DNA from: Acidimicrobiales bacterium
Lineage (GTDB): Bacteria; Actinomycetota; Acidimicrobiia; Acidimicrobiales; Bog-793
Direction: 5' to 3'
DNA: 64,000 nucleotides
NCBI GenBank assembly: GCA_049514105.1
Contig: JBEKVJ010000003.1
Coordinates: forward strand, 17,304 to 81,303
Under the pieces are notes generated by a model, which ran no database searches, had not been told where the DNA came from, and was given only the letters and a program-made list of their open reading frames with translations. Within the stretch, counting starts at the first letter, position 1. Each line of letters opens with the position of its first letter. Position numbers and translations under genes: made by a program. This document shows, piece by piece, positions 50,157 through 59,377 of the stretch.

Positions 50157-52058
50157 GTGACGCTTCGGATCGAGGACTACGGCCTTATCGGGGACACCCA
50201 CACCGCCGCGCTCGTCGGCCGGGATGGCTCAATCGACTGGATGTGCCTCCCGCGCTTTGACTCAGCGGCCTGTTTCGCCCACCTCTTGGGTGATCGCGAT
50301 CATGGTTACTGGAGGATCGCTCCCGCAGCGAGCCCACGGCCGGACGAGGGTGATCCGATGCTGGCGACCCGACGCCAGTACCTAACCGACAGCCTCGTCC
50401 TCGAGAGTGAGTTCGACCTGCCCGAAGGCCGCGTCCGGGTCACCGACTGCATGCCGCTTCGCGAGCAGAACCCGAGCATCGTCCGTCTCGTCGAGTGCCT
50501 GAGCGGGGCCGTGGACATGCGGATGGACCTCGAGATCCGTTTCGGGTACGGATCGGTCGTCCCCTGGGTCCGTCGCATCGACGGCCAGCTCGTGGCGATC
50601 GCCGGGCCGGACGGGCTTGCGCTTTGGACAACGGCCGAGGTCCGCGGCGAAAAGATGCGCTCGGTCTCGGAGTTCCACGTGCGCGAAGGCCAGCAGGTTC
50701 CCTTCGTGCTCAGCTACTTCCCCTCCCACGGCGAGGTGGCCCGACCTCTTGCAGCCCCGTATGCCATCGAGGAGACCACTCGCTGGTGGCAGGAGTGGGC
50801 CGACCTCGCGAACTTCCAGCCCCACCGTTGGCGTGATGCCGTCGTCCGCTCTCTCATCACCTTAAAGGCGCTCACCTACGAGCCGACTGGCGGCATCATC
50901 GCCGCGCCCACGACCTCGCTCCCAGAGACGCTCGGGGGTGAACGCAACTGGGACTACCGCTACTGCTGGCTTCGCGACGCCACATTGACACTGTCATCGC
51001 TCATGGCGGCCGGATACCGGGACGAGGCGGCGGAATGGCGTGACTGGCTCCTGCGCGCCTGTGCCGGTGACCCGGCCGAGCTGCAGATCATGTACGGCGT
51101 GGCCGGGGAGCGGGACCTCAAGGAGGATGTCGTCGCATGGTTGCCGGGCTACGAAGGCTCCAAGCCCGTACGCATCGGCAACGCCGCCTCGGACCAGTAT
51201 CAGCTCGACGTCTACGGCGAGGTCCTCGGCGCCCTGCACGAGGCGCGCCGTTTGGGGCTGGAGCCGGCAGGGCCGGCCTGGGACCTCGAGCTCATGCTGA
51301 TGGAATTCATCGAGACCGGCTGGAGAGAGCCCGACGACGGCATCTGGGAGGTGCGCGGGCCGCGCCGCCACTTCACCCACTCAAAGGTCGAGGCATGGGT
51401 GGCAGTCGACAGGGCCATCCACGACGTCGAGGACTTCGGTCTTTCCGGCCCCGTGGACAAATGGAAGTCGCTTCGCACCCAGATCCACGCCGAGGTGTGC
51501 GAGAAGGGCTTCGACGCCGAGCGCAACTCTTTCACGCAGTCCTACGGCTCCAAAGAGCTCGATGCCAGCGTCCTTATGATCCCCCTCGTCGGCTTCCTTC
51601 CTGCCAAGGACCCTCGAGTTGTCGGGACGGTCGATGCCATCAGCCGCGAGCTCATGGTGGACGGCTTCGTGGCACGCTATGACTCGGAGCGGTCCGAGCA
51701 CGTCGACGGCCTTACCGGACGGGAGGGCGCCTTCTTGCCCTGCTCGTTCTGGATGGTCGACGACCTGCACCTCATAGGGCGCCACGATGACGCCGCTGCT
51801 CTGTTTGAACGCCTCTTGTCGCTGCGTAACGACCTCGGACTTCTCGCCGAGGAGTATGACCCGGTCGCCAAGCGCCTGGTGGGCAATTTCCCCCAGGCGT
51901 TTTCGCACGTGTCGTTGATCAACAGCACCGTCGGGTTGCTCGGCATGGCACATGGCTTCACCCACGAGCATCGCATCGCCCACATCGCGCCGTCCACGAG
52001 CGAGGACTCGGGGTTGCGGGCCGGGCGCCGGCGCCGGCGGCCGGTGATGGGCGGCTGA
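50157..52058 (+). CDS. Glycoside hydrolase family 15 (trehalase/glucoamylase-like)
   Basis: IEDY.LIGD, AAPTTSLPE..GG.RNWDYRYCWLRD, QLDVYGE, GIWE.R, GNFPQAFSH. Confidence 0.95.
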   Translation: MTLRIEDYGLIGDTHTAALVGRDGSIDWMCLPRFDSAACFAHLLGDRDHGYWRIAPAASPRPDEGDPMLATRRQYLTDSLVLESEFDLPEGRVRVTDCMPLREQNPSIVRLVECLSGAVDMRMDLEIRFGYGSVVPWVRRIDGQLVAIAGPDGLALWTTAEVRGEKMRSVSEFHVREGQQVPFVLSYFPSHGEVARPLAAPYAIEETTRWWQEWADLANFQPHRWRDAVVRSLITLKALTYEPTGGIIAAPTTSLPETLGGERNWDYRYCWLRDATLTLSSLMAAGYRDEAAEWRDWLLRACAGDPAELQIMYGVAGERDLKEDVVAWLPGYEGSKPVRIGNAASDQYQLDVYGEVLGALHEARRLGLEPAGPAWDLELMLMEFIETGWREPDDGIWEVRGPRRHFTHSKVEAWVAVDRAIHDVEDFGLSGPVDKWKSLRTQIHAEVCEKGFDAERNSFTQSYGSKELDASVLMIPLVGFLPAKDPRVVGTVDAISRELMVDGFVARYDSERSEHVDGLTGREGAFLPCSFWMVDDLHLIGRHDDAAALFERLLSLRNDLGLLAEEYDPVAKRLVGNFPQAFSHVSLINSTVGLLGMAHGFTHEHRIAHIAPSTSEDSGLRAGRRRRRPVMGG

Positions 52059-52398
52059 GGAGCCCTGCCGCCTAGCGGGCCCGGCCGTGTCACCTGCAGT
52101 TGAAGGTGAGCGGCCCTGGCGCACCGAGCACCTCAAGGACACCGGTGAGGGAGTGTCCCGCGGCCCCCGGTACGCCCAGGACCTTCTCCGTCAGGCTAAG
52201 TCCGGATTCGGACTACCCATAGTGCCGAAAGTCCTATAACGAGATGTCGAACGCGTTGCAGTTGTGCCTCCAGGCACGCCAGATCGCAGAGCCAGGCGCG
52301 GTCGCGGTCACCTCGGCGCTCACAGCGACACGCCCTCTTGTTTGAGCGCTTGGAGTCACGATCGACGGCAACAAAGGCACAGCGGCCGTTGACCCCAC

Positions 52399-52419
52399 AA
52401 ATAAGAGTGATTATCATTC
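52399..52419. promoter_or_regulatory. Putative Zur/Fur box
   Basis: AT-rich AAATAAGAGTGATTATCATTC upstream of a metal ABC operon that ends in a Fur-family gene. Confidence 0.5.
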
Positions 52420-52466
52420 CGGTTAGAGGGGGCCGGCTTGGCCCTGTGCGAAAGGAGACCTCGGGA

Positions 52467-53402
52467 GTGCTCAGGCAACCAGTCTGGACAAAGCGGCTCG
52501 GTGCCGTCGCTTTGGGCATCGGCCTGGGCGTGCTCGCCTGCTCGTGCTCTTCGGCCGGCAGCTCCAGCACCAACAGGGCGGTCAGCGCCGTCGGCGCCGA
52601 GAACCAGTACGCGAACGTGATCGCCCAAATCGGTGGCCGTTATGTCGACGCGACGGCGATCATGTCCAACCCGAACACCGATCCGCACAGCTTCGAGGCG
52701 AGCCCGGCTGTGGCCCGGGCCGTCAGCTCGGCCCAGTTGATCGTTCAGAACGGCGTCTTATACGACACCTTCATGAACACGATCGAGGCCGCCTCGCCCA
52801 ATCCGGGGCGGAGGGTCATCGAGGTCCAGCGACTCTTGAAGATCCCCGAAAACACGGCGAACCCGCACCTTTGGTACGACCCGACCACGATGCCCGTGCT
52901 CGCAAAGGCGATCGAAGCCGATCTCTGCGGCCTACGGCGGACGCACTGCTCCTATTTCAGGACCAATCTCGCCCGCTTCGAGAGCTCCCTTCAGCCTTGG
53001 CGTGAGGCCATAGCCAGGTTCAAGAAGGCCTACCCGCACACCCCGGTCGCAACGACCGAGCCCGTCGCCGACTACATGCTCGAAGCGGCCGGAACAGACA
53101 ACCTGACCCCGTTCGGGCTCCAAGCCGACATCATGAACGGCGTAGACCCGGCACCACAGGACATCTCCTTGCAGGACAACCTCTTCGACCAGCACAAGGT
53201 CAAGGTCTTTTTGTACAACGAGCAGGTGACCGACTCGATCACCGAGTCGTTTCTGTCGCGCGCGAAGGCCGACGGAATTCCGGTTGTGGGGGTGTACGAG
53301 ACGATGCCGACGCCCGGCTACGACTACCAGAGCTGGATGCTGGCTGAGGTCCGCGCCCTTTACCGGGCGGTCGCCGACAAGGCCTCGACGGAGCACCTGT
53401 GA
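52467..53402 (+). CDS. Zn/Mn ABC transporter substrate-binding lipoprotein
   Basis: DPHSFE, NPHLWY, TE, E.MP; GTG 52467 with SD AAGGAG. Confidence 0.9.
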   Translation: MLRQPVWTKRLGAVALGIGLGVLACSCSSAGSSSTNRAVSAVGAENQYANVIAQIGGRYVDATAIMSNPNTDPHSFEASPAVARAVSSAQLIVQNGVLYDTFMNTIEAASPNPGRRVIEVQRLLKIPENTANPHLWYDPTTMPVLAKAIEADLCGLRRTHCSYFRTNLARFESSLQPWREAIARFKKAYPHTPVATTEPVADYMLEAAGTDNLTPFGLQADIMNGVDPAPQDISLQDNLFDQHKVKVFLYNEQVTDSITESFLSRAKADGIPVVGVYETMPTPGYDYQSWMLAEVRALYRAVADKASTEHL

Positions 53403-54253
53403 GCGACCGCGAGCTGTTCGTCGACGACAACAACGAGGTCCTGTCCCTTGAGGGCGTGTCGCTTTGGCTTTCCGGGCGCGAGATCCTGCACGAGGTCGGC
53501 TTCAGCGTGCACGCCGGTGAGCTCACGGGCCTGATCGGTTCCAACGGTGCGGGCAAGACGACCATCTTCCGGGTGATCCTCGGCCTAGAGACGCCCACCT
53601 CGGGCAAGGTGCTCTTCTCGGGCCGGGCACGCCCGCGCCGCAAGGGATCAGTGGGTTATGTGCCACAGAGCATCGGCCTCGACCCCGACGTGCCCCTGCG
53701 GGCACGAGACCTTGTCGGGCTCGGACTCGACGGCGACCGCTTCGGCCTCCCCCTCCCCTCACGGCACCGGCGCGAGCTCGTCGAGGAGATGCTCGAGGCG
53801 GTCGACGCCCTGTCTTTTGCCGACTCCCGAGTCGGCAAGCTCTCGGGAGGCGAACTGCAAAGGGCGCTCATCGGGCACGCCCTCATCTCCAAACCTCGCC
53901 TCTTGCTGCTGGACGAGCCGCTCGCGAACCTCGACATCCGAAGCGAGCAGGAGGTCGTCGGGCTGCTCTCGAGGATCTCAAAAGCCCAGCAGATCGCGGT
54001 CCTCATCTCGGCCCACGAGATGAACCCGCTCCTTCCGGTCATGGACCGCGTCGTCTATGTGGCCTCCGGCCGGGCCGCGAGCGGCTCGACCGCGGAGGTC
54101 GTCCGTGAGGACGTGCTCAGTGCGCTCTACGGCCATCACGTCGACGTCTTGCACCTGCACGACCGCATCCTGGTCGTGGCGGGCACGCACGAAGCCCCAC
54201 ATCACGAGGAGCTCGAGAAGACCGAGAGCGATGCACCCCGGGGTCTCAGCTAA
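53399..54253 (+). CDS. Metal ABC transporter ATP-binding protein
   Basis: GSNGAGKTT, LSGGE.QR, LLDEP. Confidence 0.93.
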   Translation: MSDRELFVDDNNEVLSLEGVSLWLSGREILHEVGFSVHAGELTGLIGSNGAGKTTIFRVILGLETPTSGKVLFSGRARPRRKGSVGYVPQSIGLDPDVPLRARDLVGLGLDGDRFGLPLPSRHRRELVEEMLEAVDALSFADSRVGKLSGGELQRALIGHALISKPRLLLLDEPLANLDIRSEQEVVGLLSRISKAQQIAVLISAHEMNPLLPVMDRVVYVASGRAASGSTAEVVREDVLSALYGHHVDVLHLHDRILVVAGTHEAPHHEELEKTESDAPRGLS

Positions 54254-54257
54254 AGCC

Positions 54258-55187
54258 ATGGGCGTATTGAGAGCGATCTTCGAGCCTGGGCTGTTCACAA
54301 GCGGGCCGGTGCGGGTGGCCTTCGTGGTCGGCGGCGGCGTCTCGCTCGTCACGGCCGTGGTCGGGGTCTTCACCGTCATCCGCGGCCAGTCCTTTGCCGG
54401 CCACTCTCTCGGTGACCTAGGCACGACGGGCGGCTCGGGTGCCTTCCTCGTCGGGGCCAACCCGCTCTGGGGATTTGTCAGCTTCGCTGTCCTCGGCGCC
54501 GGGGCCATGGAGCTGTTCAGCGTCCGACGCCAACGTGGAAGGGACATGGCGACCGGTATAGTGCTCGGCGCTGGCTTGGGGATCGCAGCGTTGTTCTTGT
54601 ACCTCGACACCACCGAAGCCAACACCACCGGGGCGACGATCACGATCCTGTTCGGCTCCATGTTCGTCATCCGTGCCTCGATGATCCCCGTGTTCGCTTG
54701 TCTGAGCGTGGCTGCGCTCGCACTCGTAGGCCTGCTCTACCGTCCGCTGCTGTTGAGTGCGCTGAACCAGGACATCGCCTCGGCTCGCGGAGTACCGGTG
54801 CGCGCGGTCGGGATCTTGTACCTGTTGGCGATGGCGATCGCTGTCTCGCTGTCGTGCGTGACCATCGGAGCGATCCTGTCGACCGCGGCGCTGATCGGGC
54901 CCGCCGCGGCGGCACTGCGTCTCACCAAGCGCCCGGGCCTCGCCTTCGTCTGGGCCGGACTCATTGGGCTCGTCGTGACCTGGGTCGGCATCGTGCTCGC
55001 TTATGACAGCTACTACTGGCCGCCTGTCGGCCGAGGCTGGCCGGTGAGCTTCTTCGTCGTGGCTGAAATCCTCGTCGTCTACTTGACAGCAGACCTCGCC
55101 GCCCGGCGGCACGAAAGGCGCTCGGGTCGCGAACTGGCCCCCTGGCACAGCCGTGGCGCCGCGACCCCGCCGATCGGGGGCGAGTGA
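54258..55187 (+). CDS. Metal ABC transporter permease
   Basis: G.F.V.R..SFAGH, LFGS, A.ARGVP; start ATG 54258. Confidence 0.9.
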   Translation: MGVLRAIFEPGLFTSGPVRVAFVVGGGVSLVTAVVGVFTVIRGQSFAGHSLGDLGTTGGSGAFLVGANPLWGFVSFAVLGAGAMELFSVRRQRGRDMATGIVLGAGLGIAALFLYLDTTEANTTGATITILFGSMFVIRASMIPVFACLSVAALALVGLLYRPLLLSALNQDIASARGVPVRAVGILYLLAMAIAVSLSCVTIGAILSTAALIGPAAAALRLTKRPGLAFVWAGLIGLVVTWVGIVLAYDSYYWPPVGRGWPVSFFVVAEILVVYLTADLAARRHERRSGRELAPWHSRGAATPPIGGE

Positions 55188-56053
55188 TGTTCGCCGGCTT
55201 TATGGTCAACGCCTGGCTCGGAGCCACCATTGTGGCGGTCGTCGCCGGAGTCGTCGGGTTCTTCACGGTGATGAGGGGTTCGTCCTTCGTGGCCCATGCC
55301 GTCCCCCAGGCTGGCTTTGCAGGCGCGGCAGGGGCGTCCCTTGTGGGAATCAGCACCTTCGCGGGCCTCGGCGTGTTCGCCGTCGCAAGCGCGCTCGCGA
55401 TCGGGCTGTTGGGAAGGCGGGGCCGCCACGACGCCATGACGGCCCTCACGCTCGTGTTCATGCTCGGCCTCGGTGCCCTGTTCCTGAGCTGGAGCAACGA
55501 GTACGCGTCTGAGATTTTCGCCTTGTTGTTCGGCGAGGTGCTCGGCGTCAGTACCAACGAGGTGCTCATCACCGCAGTACTCGGCGCAGCGTCGGTCGCG
55601 GCCGTGGTCGTGTTGTACCGGCCGCTGCTATTGGCATCTGTTGTGCCGGAAGTGGCGGAGGCCCGCGGCGTGCGGACACGACGCATGGAGCTGTGCTTCC
55701 TCGTCGTCGTGGCGGCTGCGACGACGACGTCGGTCCCGGTCGTGGGCGCCCTTTTGATGTTCAGCCTCATGGTTGGCGCCCCCGGCGCCGCCCGGGTGCT
55801 CAGCGGCAATCCGTTCGGTGCCCTCTTTCTGTCGGTTGGGATCTCACTTGTCATCGTCTGGGTGGCGATCGCAGCCTCCTACGAGACCGAGTGGCCGATT
55901 GGCTTTTTCGTCGGGGTGCTCGGCGCGGCCTTCTATGTGGCGGCTCGGGTTTATGCCGCCTGGCCGCAGTCCAGGGCCGGACGGCGGGCTCCCGGCAGCG
56001 AGGCCGGATCACTTGCGCGCCAGGCCACCAAGATGAGCTCCGCGGAGGCCTAA
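55184..56053 (+). CDS. Metal ABC transporter permease (second)
   Basis: GFF.V.R..SF.AH, LFG, A.ARGV, VVGALL. Confidence 0.9.
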   Translation: MMFAGFMVNAWLGATIVAVVAGVVGFFTVMRGSSFVAHAVPQAGFAGAAGASLVGISTFAGLGVFAVASALAIGLLGRRGRHDAMTALTLVFMLGLGALFLSWSNEYASEIFALLFGEVLGVSTNEVLITAVLGAASVAAVVVLYRPLLLASVVPEVAEARGVRTRRMELCFLVVVAAATTTSVPVVGALLMFSLMVGAPGAARVLSGNPFGALFLSVGISLVIVWVAIAASYETEWPIGFFVGVLGAAFYVAARVYAAWPQSRAGRRAPGSEAGSLARQATKMSSAEA

Positions 56054-56508
56054 TGTCTGGCGCTGTGGTCCTCCCGCGTTCAGTCCACGAGGCCGTCAGC
56101 CTCCGGCTAGCAGGCGTGGACCAGCGCTACACGCGCATGCGCCGAGTGCTCGTCGAGACCCTGGCGGCGGCGGGGCGCCCCTTGACCATCCCGGAGCTGC
56201 TCGAATCTGCGCCTGAGCTTCCTCAGTCCAGCGCCTACCGGAACATGACAGCGCTCATAGACATCGGCGTCGTGCGACGCGTCGCCGGCTCGGATGACCA
56301 CGGTCGCTTCGAACTCGCCGAGGAGCTCTCGGGTCACCACCACCATTTCGTCTGCGCGACCTGCGGAAAGGTGGAAGACGTCCATCCCTCGCCGAAGCTA
56401 GAGCGCGCCCTTGGTGAGGCCGCCCGGGCCGTGGCCGAGGAGCAAGGCTACGAGGTCACCGAGCACCAGCTCGACATGGTCGGGCTCTGCGCGACCTGCC
56501 GCGCCTAA
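56053..56508 (+). CDS. Fur family regulator (Zur-like)
   Basis: YT..RR, S.AYRN, HHHHFVCATCG, C-terminal CATC; start ATG 56053. Confidence 0.9.
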   Translation: MSGAVVLPRSVHEAVSLRLAGVDQRYTRMRRVLVETLAAAGRPLTIPELLESAPELPQSSAYRNMTALIDIGVVRRVAGSDDHGRFELAEELSGHHHHFVCATCGKVEDVHPSPKLERALGEAARAVAEEQGYEVTEHQLDMVGLCATCRA

Positions 56509-56632
56509 GGCCGGACTCCACCATCGGTGCCACCTCGGGGCCCAGGCGAGCGTCGACCGCCTCGCGCGGCGCATGGCACTCGCGGCAGGCCAACGGTCCA
56601 ATGGCGGCGCGCTGGAGATCTTTGAGCTCGAC

Positions 56633-57469
56633 CTAACGCCTCTCGTCGGCGATCTTCTCGAGCGCGCGGACCAGCTCGTCACCATCGCTACCTGTGAAGA
56701 CGTCTGCTCCGAGACGGTGAGCATGAGCCTCGTTAGTGATGGCAGCCCCACCAAGCAGGATCGGCACCTTTGGCACCGAGGCGCGCAGAGCAGAGATGGC
56801 TTTGCGCGCCGACTGAGCAGAACTCCTCGTCGTGCAGGCGATTCCGACCGCTATGAGGTCGCTCTCGCCAGCAGCGGCCTCGGCGAGCGCGTCGACGGGC
56901 GTGTTCGCCCCCAGTTCGACGGCCGCGAAACCGCGCCAGCGCAGGAGGTTGGCGGCGATGGCGACGGGTCCTGCGTGCAGCTCACCGGGAGGCGCGGCAA
57001 GGATCACCGTTCCTCGCTTGTGGCCGCGACGACCAAAGCGCGCGCCAAGCCGGCTGATCAAGCGCGTGGCGACGGAGCTGGCCCTGTGCTCGTCCGCGAC
57101 CGTGAGCTCGCCCCGCTCCCAGAGGGCCCCGATCGAACGCATGGTCGGGACGACTATCTCGAGCAAGACATCCTCGGGCTCCATGCCCGAGCCGAGCGCG
57201 GCCTCGAGGACCTCCCAGGCACCGGGCTCGTCGCTGGCGATCATCCTGGCCTCGAGATGCGCACGAGCCGGGATCGTCCCCGTCGGGCGATGCTGGCGAG
57301 AGGCGCGACCGTCCTTTCGCATGTTCTCGAGATCCGCAAGCTCTACCTGCCAGGTGCCCGCAACGCGTTTGGCCGGAAGTCGCCCCGTGCGCACATACCG
57401 GTAGGCGGTCATGTAGTGGACGCCTAGCTTTTCGGCAACTTGTGGCAGCGACAGTTGTCTCTTGGCCAT
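56633..57469 (-). CDS. Cobalamin-binding regulator: excisionase-type HTH + B12-binding domains (CarH/LitR-like)
   Basis: VAEKLGVHYMTAYRYVRTGRLPA, W-x9-EH (WERGELTVADEH), GELH, LGANTP, LGG. Confidence 0.85.
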   Translation of the reverse strand: MAKRQLSLPQVAEKLGVHYMTAYRYVRTGRLPAKRVAGTWQVELADLENMRKDGRASRQHRPTGTIPARAHLEARMIASDEPGAWEVLEAALGSGMEPEDVLLEIVVPTMRSIGALWERGELTVADEHRASSVATRLISRLGARFGRRGHKRGTVILAAPPGELHAGPVAIAANLLRWRGFAAVELGANTPVDALAEAAAGESDLIAVGIACTTRSSAQSARKAISALRASVPKVPILLGGAAITNEAHAHRLGADVFTGSDGDELVRALEKIADERR

Positions 57470-57748
57470 CCCTATCACATCCCCATCCGCGTTATGAACC
57501 GATTTTTCACTAAGGGCTAAGCTCACTGTGCACTAACTTGCTGCTAAATATCTAGCTCTCATATGATCGTAGCGCGTTTACGGCAAGGACGTGACTCATC
57601 CGCGCTAGCAGGTGATAGCGCACTCAGAGTGCTCCGGAAACGGTGCGACCAGGCTAAATCCAGTTGTCGGAACAGACAACGAGTTCAGCTTACGCTTTAG
57701 CAGGATAGGAGTTTGACGCCGGAAAATTGGGGAAAGCCATTTCTAGTA

Positions 57749-57847
57749 TGCACTTGTTGTTAACTCCGGCTCAACTGTTGTTGTCACAACGTGCTCGTAG
57801 TTTCTCCTACGTGCCTATTGTTAATTCTGCTCAGCTGTCGTGACAGC
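57749..57847. repeat. Two imperfect direct repeats, about 61 bp apart
   Basis: TTGTTAACTCCGGCTCAACTGTTG (57757) vs TTGTTAATTCTGCTCAGCTGTCG (57818). Confidence 0.5.
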
Positions 57848-58121
57848 CGCCAAAGACATAAGTTCCTCTTGCAAGGTCGTAGTAGATGCGGCTCGAATAC
57901 CGCCTAAAGCCTTGGCAGGCGGGCCTCTAAGAATGAGTACGAGCCGAAAACGACCAGGCCAGCCGCCACAAGAGCGATGAAGATGGGGTCGTAGGAGCTA
58001 CGGAGAAGCGACTTCAGTACTTCGTCGATGCTCTTGGGTTCTCATCCGATTCCCCGATCTAGGACCGCTCAAACAGTCGCACCACGGCGACGACGTCCGA
58101 GTCGTGATTAGCCGGCAACCT

Positions 58122-58151
58122 CCACGGGCATAGTCACCACGGGCATAGTCA
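58122..58151. repeat. Perfect 15-bp tandem duplication
   Basis: CCACGGGCATAGTCA x2. Confidence 0.9.
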
Positions 58152-58209
58152 ACGGTGCAGACGAGTCTCGGTCCGTCGCTCGTCAGTTAAGAGGGAGGGC
58201 GCAGGAAAC

Positions 58210-58623
58210 GTGAGGAACATCTGGAAAGGTCTGATAGTTGGCGGCCTCACCGGCGCTGGAGCGGGAATCGCCCTGGACGTGTTGAGCCGAGGCGCGCAGC
58301 TGGTCGGTAGCGCAGGCAGGAAGGCCGCCTACATAGCGCCGGAGGCTGCAGAGCGAGTCAAGAGTGCAGCGGTGAGCGCCGGCAAGAAGGCCACTGAAAT
58401 CGCTCCCGAGGCGGCCGACAGGGTCAGAAGTGCCGTAAATGCCGGGGCCACCCACTTAAATGAGGCTGAAATCAGTGACCACCGGACCACCGGGACAGTC
58501 GAGAAGGTCATGGCCACCGGGCAGGCAGATCAAGCACGCGAGGCGCTGGGACAAGCGACCAGGAAGGCCATACGGCTCGTCCATTCGGTGCGAGAGACGG
58601 TGTCGAATGGTTCGATTGGCTGA
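58210..58623 (+). CDS. Hypothetical membrane-anchored helical protein with two 22-aa repeats
   Basis: Gly-rich hydrophobic N-terminus; AG.KA..IAPEAA.RV.SA repeated twice; purine-rich SD. Confidence 0.65.
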   Translation: MRNIWKGLIVGGLTGAGAGIALDVLSRGAQLVGSAGRKAAYIAPEAAERVKSAAVSAGKKATEIAPEAADRVRSAVNAGATHLNEAEISDHRTTGTVEKVMATGQADQAREALGQATRKAIRLVHSVRETVSNGSIG

Positions 58624-58643
58624 CCGAGGGGCAATCTCGGTCG

Positions 58644-59189
58644 TCAGCCGAGCGTGGCGATCCAATCGTCGGTGTGGGCAACGGTCGCGAAACCTGAAGC
58701 GAGCACGCCGAGCTCGACTCTGTGAACGAGCGCCGCGGGAAGATCAGCCGAGAGGTCAATCGTGCCGGTCGCATCATCGAGCACCGTGACCTCGAAGCCG
58801 TGGTGCATCGCCTCGCGCGACGTCGTGTCCACGCACATGTGGGTCATGTAGCCCGCGATCACGACTTGGTCGACGCCGTGGTCGCGAAGCCAAACTTCGA
58901 GCTCGGTACCGGTAAATGACCCGGGTAGCTTCTTGTCGATCAGCAAGTCATGCGGCCGTCGAAGGACCTCGGAATGCAGCTGCCACTCGGGCGTGTCGCT
59001 CACGAAGACGCCTCCGTCAGGATCTGGCTCGGTGTGGCGAACAACAACTACGCTCAGCCCAGCCGCGGCCGCGGCATCCATCGCCACCCCGATCCGCTCC
59101 AAAGACGACTCAACCTCGGGATGCGCGATCGGAAGTTGCCCGGTCACGTACTCGTTCTGCACATCGATGACAATCAGGGCCTGGCTCAT
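58644..59189 (-). CDS. Isochorismatase/cysteine hydrolase family protein
   Basis: ALIVIDVQNEY, K..PGSF.GT.L, GYMTHMCVDTT.R. Confidence 0.93.
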   Translation of the reverse strand: MSQALIVIDVQNEYVTGQLPIAHPEVESSLERIGVAMDAAAAAGLSVVVVRHTEPDPDGGVFVSDTPEWQLHSEVLRRPHDLLIDKKLPGSFTGTELEVWLRDHGVDQVVIAGYMTHMCVDTTSREAMHHGFEVTVLDDATGTIDLSADLPAALVHRVELGVLASGFATVAHTDDWIATLG

Positions 59190-59377
59190 GGTCGCCTCCG
59201 AGATGACGAGGTAACGGAACTACCGGGCGTTGACAGCTCGCACGGCAAGGCGGAGCTGCCACCTGACCGTCGCGGCCCATTGTGCCCGAGGAAAGCCCGC
59301 CCGTGCCACGTCGGGCAACCCTTGCCCTGCGATCATGAGTTTTGGGGTGACCGCTGAAGCGTAAAGAGGCCTCCCAT

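Noticed and set aside
56633..57469. Prophage/ICE excisionase
   Set aside because: The HTH is fused to B12-binding domains, and no integrase, att-tRNA or phage genes are present
57749..57847. CRISPR array
   Set aside because: Only two degenerate copies and no cas genes
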